Of a DNA stretch of 64,000 nt, positions 60,454 through 64,000 are shown piece after piece. Within the stretch, counting starts at the first letter, position 1, and each line of letters opens with the position of its first letter. The stretch comes from an uncultured Alphaproteobacteria bacterium (GTDB lineage: Bacteria > Pseudomonadota > Alphaproteobacteria > Rhizobiales > Beijerinckiaceae): NCBI GenBank assembly GCA_963702825.1, contig CAVPEE010000026.1:1608-65607 (forward strand). The letters are read 5' to 3'. The notes under the pieces are model-generated. The model was not told the DNA's origin, searched no databases, and saw only the letters and a list, made by a program, of their open reading frames with translations. Made by a program: the position numbers and the translations under genes.

Positions 60454-60521
60454 ATTTTATCGAAACTCCAATCGGGTCAGCGACATATCTTGTAAAACGG
60501 GCATGGGATCCGATTCGCGTT

Positions 60522-61250
60522 TCAATGAGGTGAATCGCGCGCACCGAAAATCGCGGAACCGACGCGGACATACGTCGCGCCGAGCGGCACCGCAAGCGGC
60601 CAGTCGGCGCTCATGCCCATAGAACGTTCGGTCAGTCCGTTGCGTTCCGCGATAACGCTGAGCAGGGCGAAGTGCGGCGAGACCATCTCGTTCGCCGGGG
60701 GGATGGCCATCAGGCCCTCGATCGTCAATCCATAGGTCTGGCGGCAGAGCGCGATAAAGGCGTCGGCATCCTCGGGAAGGACGCCCGCCTTCTGCGCCTC
60801 TCCTCCGGTATTGACCTCGACAAACAGGCGCGGTCGCTTGCCGACCCGGTCGATTTCGCGCGCGAGCGCTGCGGCGATTTTTTCCCGGTCGACCGTCTCG
60901 ATCACGTCGAACGTCTCGACCGCCTCCCGCGCCTTGTTGCTTTGCAGCGGGCCGATGAGATGAAGCTCGATCGTCTTGCCGAGCGCGGCGGCGCGCGCCC
61001 GCAAGTCGCGCCATTTCGGAATGGCCTCCTGCACCCGGTTCTCGCCAAAGCGCGTCTGACCAGCGCTCGCGATCGTGGGCCAGACCTCGTCGGCCGAAAA
61101 GGTCTTCGAGACGGCGACAAGCTTGATCGTCTCTGGCGCCCGCCCGCAATCGCGCGCCCTCCGCGCAATCGATTCCCTGAGCGCGATGAGGCGGGTCACC
61201 GCATCGTCCGCGTCATGGTGCTGCGGCGCGCCGCCCAAACTCGTCTCCAT
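60522..61250 (-). CDS. yggS: YggS family PLP-binding protein
   Basis: LVAVSK, FGENRVQE, HLIGPLQSNK, SMGMS.D, ATYVRVGSAIFG.R. Confidence 0.93.
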   Translation of the reverse strand: METSLGGAPQHHDADDAVTRLIALRESIARRARDCGRAPETIKLVAVSKTFSADEVWPTIASAGQTRFGENRVQEAIPKWRDLRARAAALGKTIELHLIGPLQSNKAREAVETFDVIETVDREKIAAALAREIDRVGKRPRLFVEVNTGGEAQKAGVLPEDADAFIALCRQTYGLTIEGLMAIPPANEMVSPHFALLSVIAERNGLTERSMGMSADWPLAVPLGATYVRVGSAIFGARDSPH

Positions 61251-61441
61251 CTTTATTCCGGCCGCTTTTCACAGGGGCCACTGCCATCGTCCATTGTGCG
61301 CCAAAAGGAAATGCGAACTCAATCGCGAACCGTCTGACGGTCACGGTCATAGGCGGACCGCGCCATTCCTGGCGAGCCTCTTGCCTTTTGCCTTGAGCCC
61401 GCGCATGAGGTCCGACCTTCCCCTCTCCAACGACGGCTTCC

Positions 61442-62539
61442 ATGGGCTTCAAATGCGGCATCGTCGGCCTGCCGAATGTCGGCAAGTCGACGCTTTTCAA
61501 CGCGCTGACGCAGACAGCCGCCGCGCAGGCGGCCAATTACCCGTTCTGCACCATTGAACCCAATGTCGGCGATGTCGCGGTGCCGGACCCTCGGCTGGCG
61601 ACGCTGGCGAAAATCGCTGTCTCCAAGGAGATCATCCCGACCCGTCTGTCCTTCGTCGACATTGCCGGGCTCGTGCGCGGCGCCTCGAAGGGCGAAGGGC
61701 TCGGCAATCAATTTCTGGCCAATATTCGCGAATGCGACGCGATCGCCCATGTCGTCCGTTGTTTCGACGACGGCGACGTCACCCACGTGGAAGGCCGCGT
61801 CGACCCCTTGTCCGACATCGCCACGATTGAAACCGAGCTGATGCTGGCCGATCTCGATAGCCTTGAGCGCCGCATCGCTCAAATGGAGAAGAAGGCCAAG
61901 GGCGGCGACAAGGAGGCCAAGGAGCTGTTGGCGCTCGCCGAGCGTAGCCTCGGTGAACTGAAAGAGGGGCGCCCGGCGCGCGCCATTGGCGTTAGCCGCG
62001 AAGAGCGGCGTCTTTTCCAGTCGCTGGGCCTCCTGTCGTCGAAGCCGGTTCTCTATGTCTGCAACGTCGAGGAAGAGTCGGCCGACCGGGGCAATGCCTA
62101 TTCCGATTTGGTCAAGGAACAGGCGGCCAAGGAAGGCGCCGCCGTGGCGGTCGTGTCAGCGAAAATCGAGAGCGAAATCGCCCTCTTGCCTCAGGCCGAA
62201 CAAGAGGCCTATCTCGAGGCGATCGGGTTGAGTGAGCCTGGTCTCAGCCGCGTTATTCGCGCGGGCTACGAGCTTTTGCACCTTGTCACCTACTTCACCG
62301 CGGGGCCGAAGGAAGCGCGCGCGTGGACGATCGAGCAAGGGACCAGGGCGCCGCAGGCGGCCGGCGTCATCCACACGGATTTCGAAAAGGGCTTTATCCG
62401 CGCCGAAACCATTGCCTATGACGACTATGTCGCCAATGGCGGCGAGGCCGGCGCGCGTGAAGCCGGCAAGTTCCGGCTCGAAGGCAAGGACTATGTGGTC
62501 GCCGACGGCGACGTTCTGCATTTCCGCTTCGCGAATTGA
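61442..62539 (+). CDS. ychF: Redox-regulated ATPase YchF
   Basis: [44 protein letters not shown]. Confidence 0.97.
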   Translation: MGFKCGIVGLPNVGKSTLFNALTQTAAAQAANYPFCTIEPNVGDVAVPDPRLATLAKIAVSKEIIPTRLSFVDIAGLVRGASKGEGLGNQFLANIRECDAIAHVVRCFDDGDVTHVEGRVDPLSDIATIETELMLADLDSLERRIAQMEKKAKGGDKEAKELLALAERSLGELKEGRPARAIGVSREERRLFQSLGLLSSKPVLYVCNVEEESADRGNAYSDLVKEQAAKEGAAVAVVSAKIESEIALLPQAEQEAYLEAIGLSEPGLSRVIRAGYELLHLVTYFTAGPKEARAWTIEQGTRAPQAAGVIHTDFEKGFIRAETIAYDDYVANGGEAGAREAGKFRLEGKDYVVADGDVLHFRFAN

Positions 62540-62545
62540 GGGCCG

Positions 62546-63008
62546 ATGCCGGACGCGCTCTATTTCGAAGACTTTCCGCTCGGCGAAGTGGTCGAGTATG
62601 GTCGCGTCGACGTTTCGGTTGACGAGATCATCGCATTCGCCCGCGAGTTCGATCCCCAGCCTTTCCACACCGACGAAGAGGCTGCGGCTGCGGCGACGGG
62701 AGGCCTCATCGCTTCGGGGTGGCATACGTCCGCGCTGCTGCTCAGGATGAATTGCGAGGCGTTCCTTATGCGCGCGGCCATCCTCGAGGAGGCCGGCGTC
62801 GAAGAGGTCCGGTGGCAGCAGCCGGTCAGGCCGGGCGATCGGCTGCACGTGCGCCGCCAGACGCTCGCTTGCCGCTCCCGCGAGGGCCGGACGAGCGCCG
62901 GCGAGGTCGAGTTTCTCTACGAAGTCGTCAATCAGAATGGCGTGGCCGCCATGACGCAGCGCAGTCGTGCTCCTGCTCAAGCAGCGCCCGCAGGCGCTCA
63001 GGAACTAG
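62546..63008 (+). CDS. MaoC family dehydratase (frameshift near 62965)
   Basis: YFEDF, FAREFDPQPFH.D, ASGWHT, W..PVRPGD. Confidence 0.85.
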
Positions 63009-63017
63009 CCGGGTCCC

Positions 63018-63479
63018 ATGTTCTACGAGGACATCCTCATCGGCCAGTCAACCGACCTTGGCCAAACCGAGTTCTCTCGGGAAGCGATTCTCGCCTACGG
63101 AAAGCGGTTCGATCCGCGCATCGTTGCTCAGGCCGCCGACGGCAGCGCGCGGCTCGCCGCCGCGGGTATGCATGTGGCGGCCGCAGGGATGCGTCGACTG
63201 GTGGACACGCGCAGCGCCTTGCGCGCCGCGCTGGCCGAGCGCGGCGAGACCCTTCCGCAGCTTGGCGTGTCGCCAGGTTTCAAAGACATGCGCTGGCCGC
63301 ACCCAGTCCATCAGGGCGATATCGTTTCGTATTCGGTGGAGACGGTGTCGAAACGCGAGACCTCCAAGCCGAGATGGGGTCTCGTCACCAACACATTTCG
63401 CGCCGTCAACCAACGCGGGGAGGAGGTTCTAGTCTTTTCCAGCGCAGTCCTTATCGCCAAGCGCGCAGAAGACACGTAA
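63018..63479 (+). CDS. MaoC family dehydratase
   Basis: FYEDI, GVSPGF..MRW..PV..GD, S.PRWGLV. Confidence 0.82.
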   Translation: MFYEDILIGQSTDLGQTEFSREAILAYGKRFDPRIVAQAADGSARLAAAGMHVAAAGMRRLVDTRSALRAALAERGETLPQLGVSPGFKDMRWPHPVHQGDIVSYSVETVSKRETSKPRWGLVTNTFRAVNQRGEEVLVFSSAVLIAKRAEDT

Positions 63480-63629
63480 TGTCCCTTGCGGCCGAAGCCA
63501 GGATTTCTCTGGCTGACGGCCGGCGGACCCCGCCTGCAACTCATTTTTCGATGGCCCAGGGCGCGCCAAGCGCGTGAAAGTCTGTTAAAAGCTCCCGGTC
63601 GTTTACCTTATTGGTGCGGGGAAGCTGCA

Positions 63630-64000
63630 ATGGCGATCAATCTTGTTAGTCTCGTGTCCCAGTTCCTTACGCCGCAATTGGTCGGCGGCCTGGCGCGGGC
63701 GCTTGGCATTAATGAAGCGGTAGCGCAGAAGCTTGTTGCTGCAGCGGTCCCGGCGATCCTCGCGTCGCTCGGCACGGCGGCGGCTGCGCCTGGGGGCGCT
63801 CAGAAGGTATCCGACGCCGTCTCGATGTCCGATCCGGATATTTTGACGAAGCTGAGCGGCGCGATCACCGGCGGCAACACCCGGTTCCTGAACGAAGGCG
63901 GCACGCTCCTGAGCGGCCTTCTCGGCGGAGGCGGCCTCTCAAGCCTTACCGGCGCGCTGAGCCAGTTCTCCGGCGCTCCGCAGCCCGCGACGCAGGCGCT
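63630..64000 (+). CDS. DUF937 family protein (partial)
   Basis: MAINLVSLVSQFLTP..ARALG..AAVPAILA..G..LLSGLLGG; runs off the window. Confidence 0.75.
   Translation, partial: MAINLVSLVSQFLTPQLVGGLARALGINEAVAQKLVAAAVPAILASLGTAAAAPGGAQKVSDAVSMSDPDILTKLSGAITGGNTRFLNEGGTLLSGLLGGGGLSSLTGALSQFSGAPQPATQA

Noticed and set aside
62546-63577. 343-aa ORF spanning both MaoC genes
   Set aside because: A frameshift near 62965 bypasses the stop at 63008. The second MaoC gene is in a different frame with its own ATG.

Overview
High-GC alphaproteobacterial chromosome segment. Gene content (sspB-DUF4169-RHH-asmA, pimCD, degP-RR-HK-glnE, PEPxxWA-CTERM) points to Hyphomicrobiales, Roseiarcus/Beijerinckiaceae-like (inference). 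About 20 genes, including core ones such as glnE and hrpB, are split by small indels, most likely long-read or consensus errors, so several ORFs in the supplied track are artefactual fusions or truncations. Layout: 1-12.6 kb is an uncharacterised LysR-linked catabolic cluster with two metallo-beta-lactamase-fold hydrolases and a Liv-type ABC importer. The rest is mostly housekeeping DNA interspersed with small accessory inserts and gene fragments. Best leads: (1) a Pho-box-preceded operon coupling a Pho84/PHT1-like MFS transporter to a solitary PstS; (2) three dispersed intergenic elements sharing a promoter, a TTCTG-N5-CAGAA-like site and an IHF-like box, one carrying an HTH gene; (3) a four-hairpin, C-rich-loop candidate sRNA after degP; (4) a small secreted His/Tyr/Gly-rich gene bracketed by a duplicated ADH 3' end; (5) a palindromic repeat translated in frame inside hrpB. 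No rRNA, tRNA, CRISPR array, transposase or integrase was recognised. All family calls come from motif recognition, not database searches.
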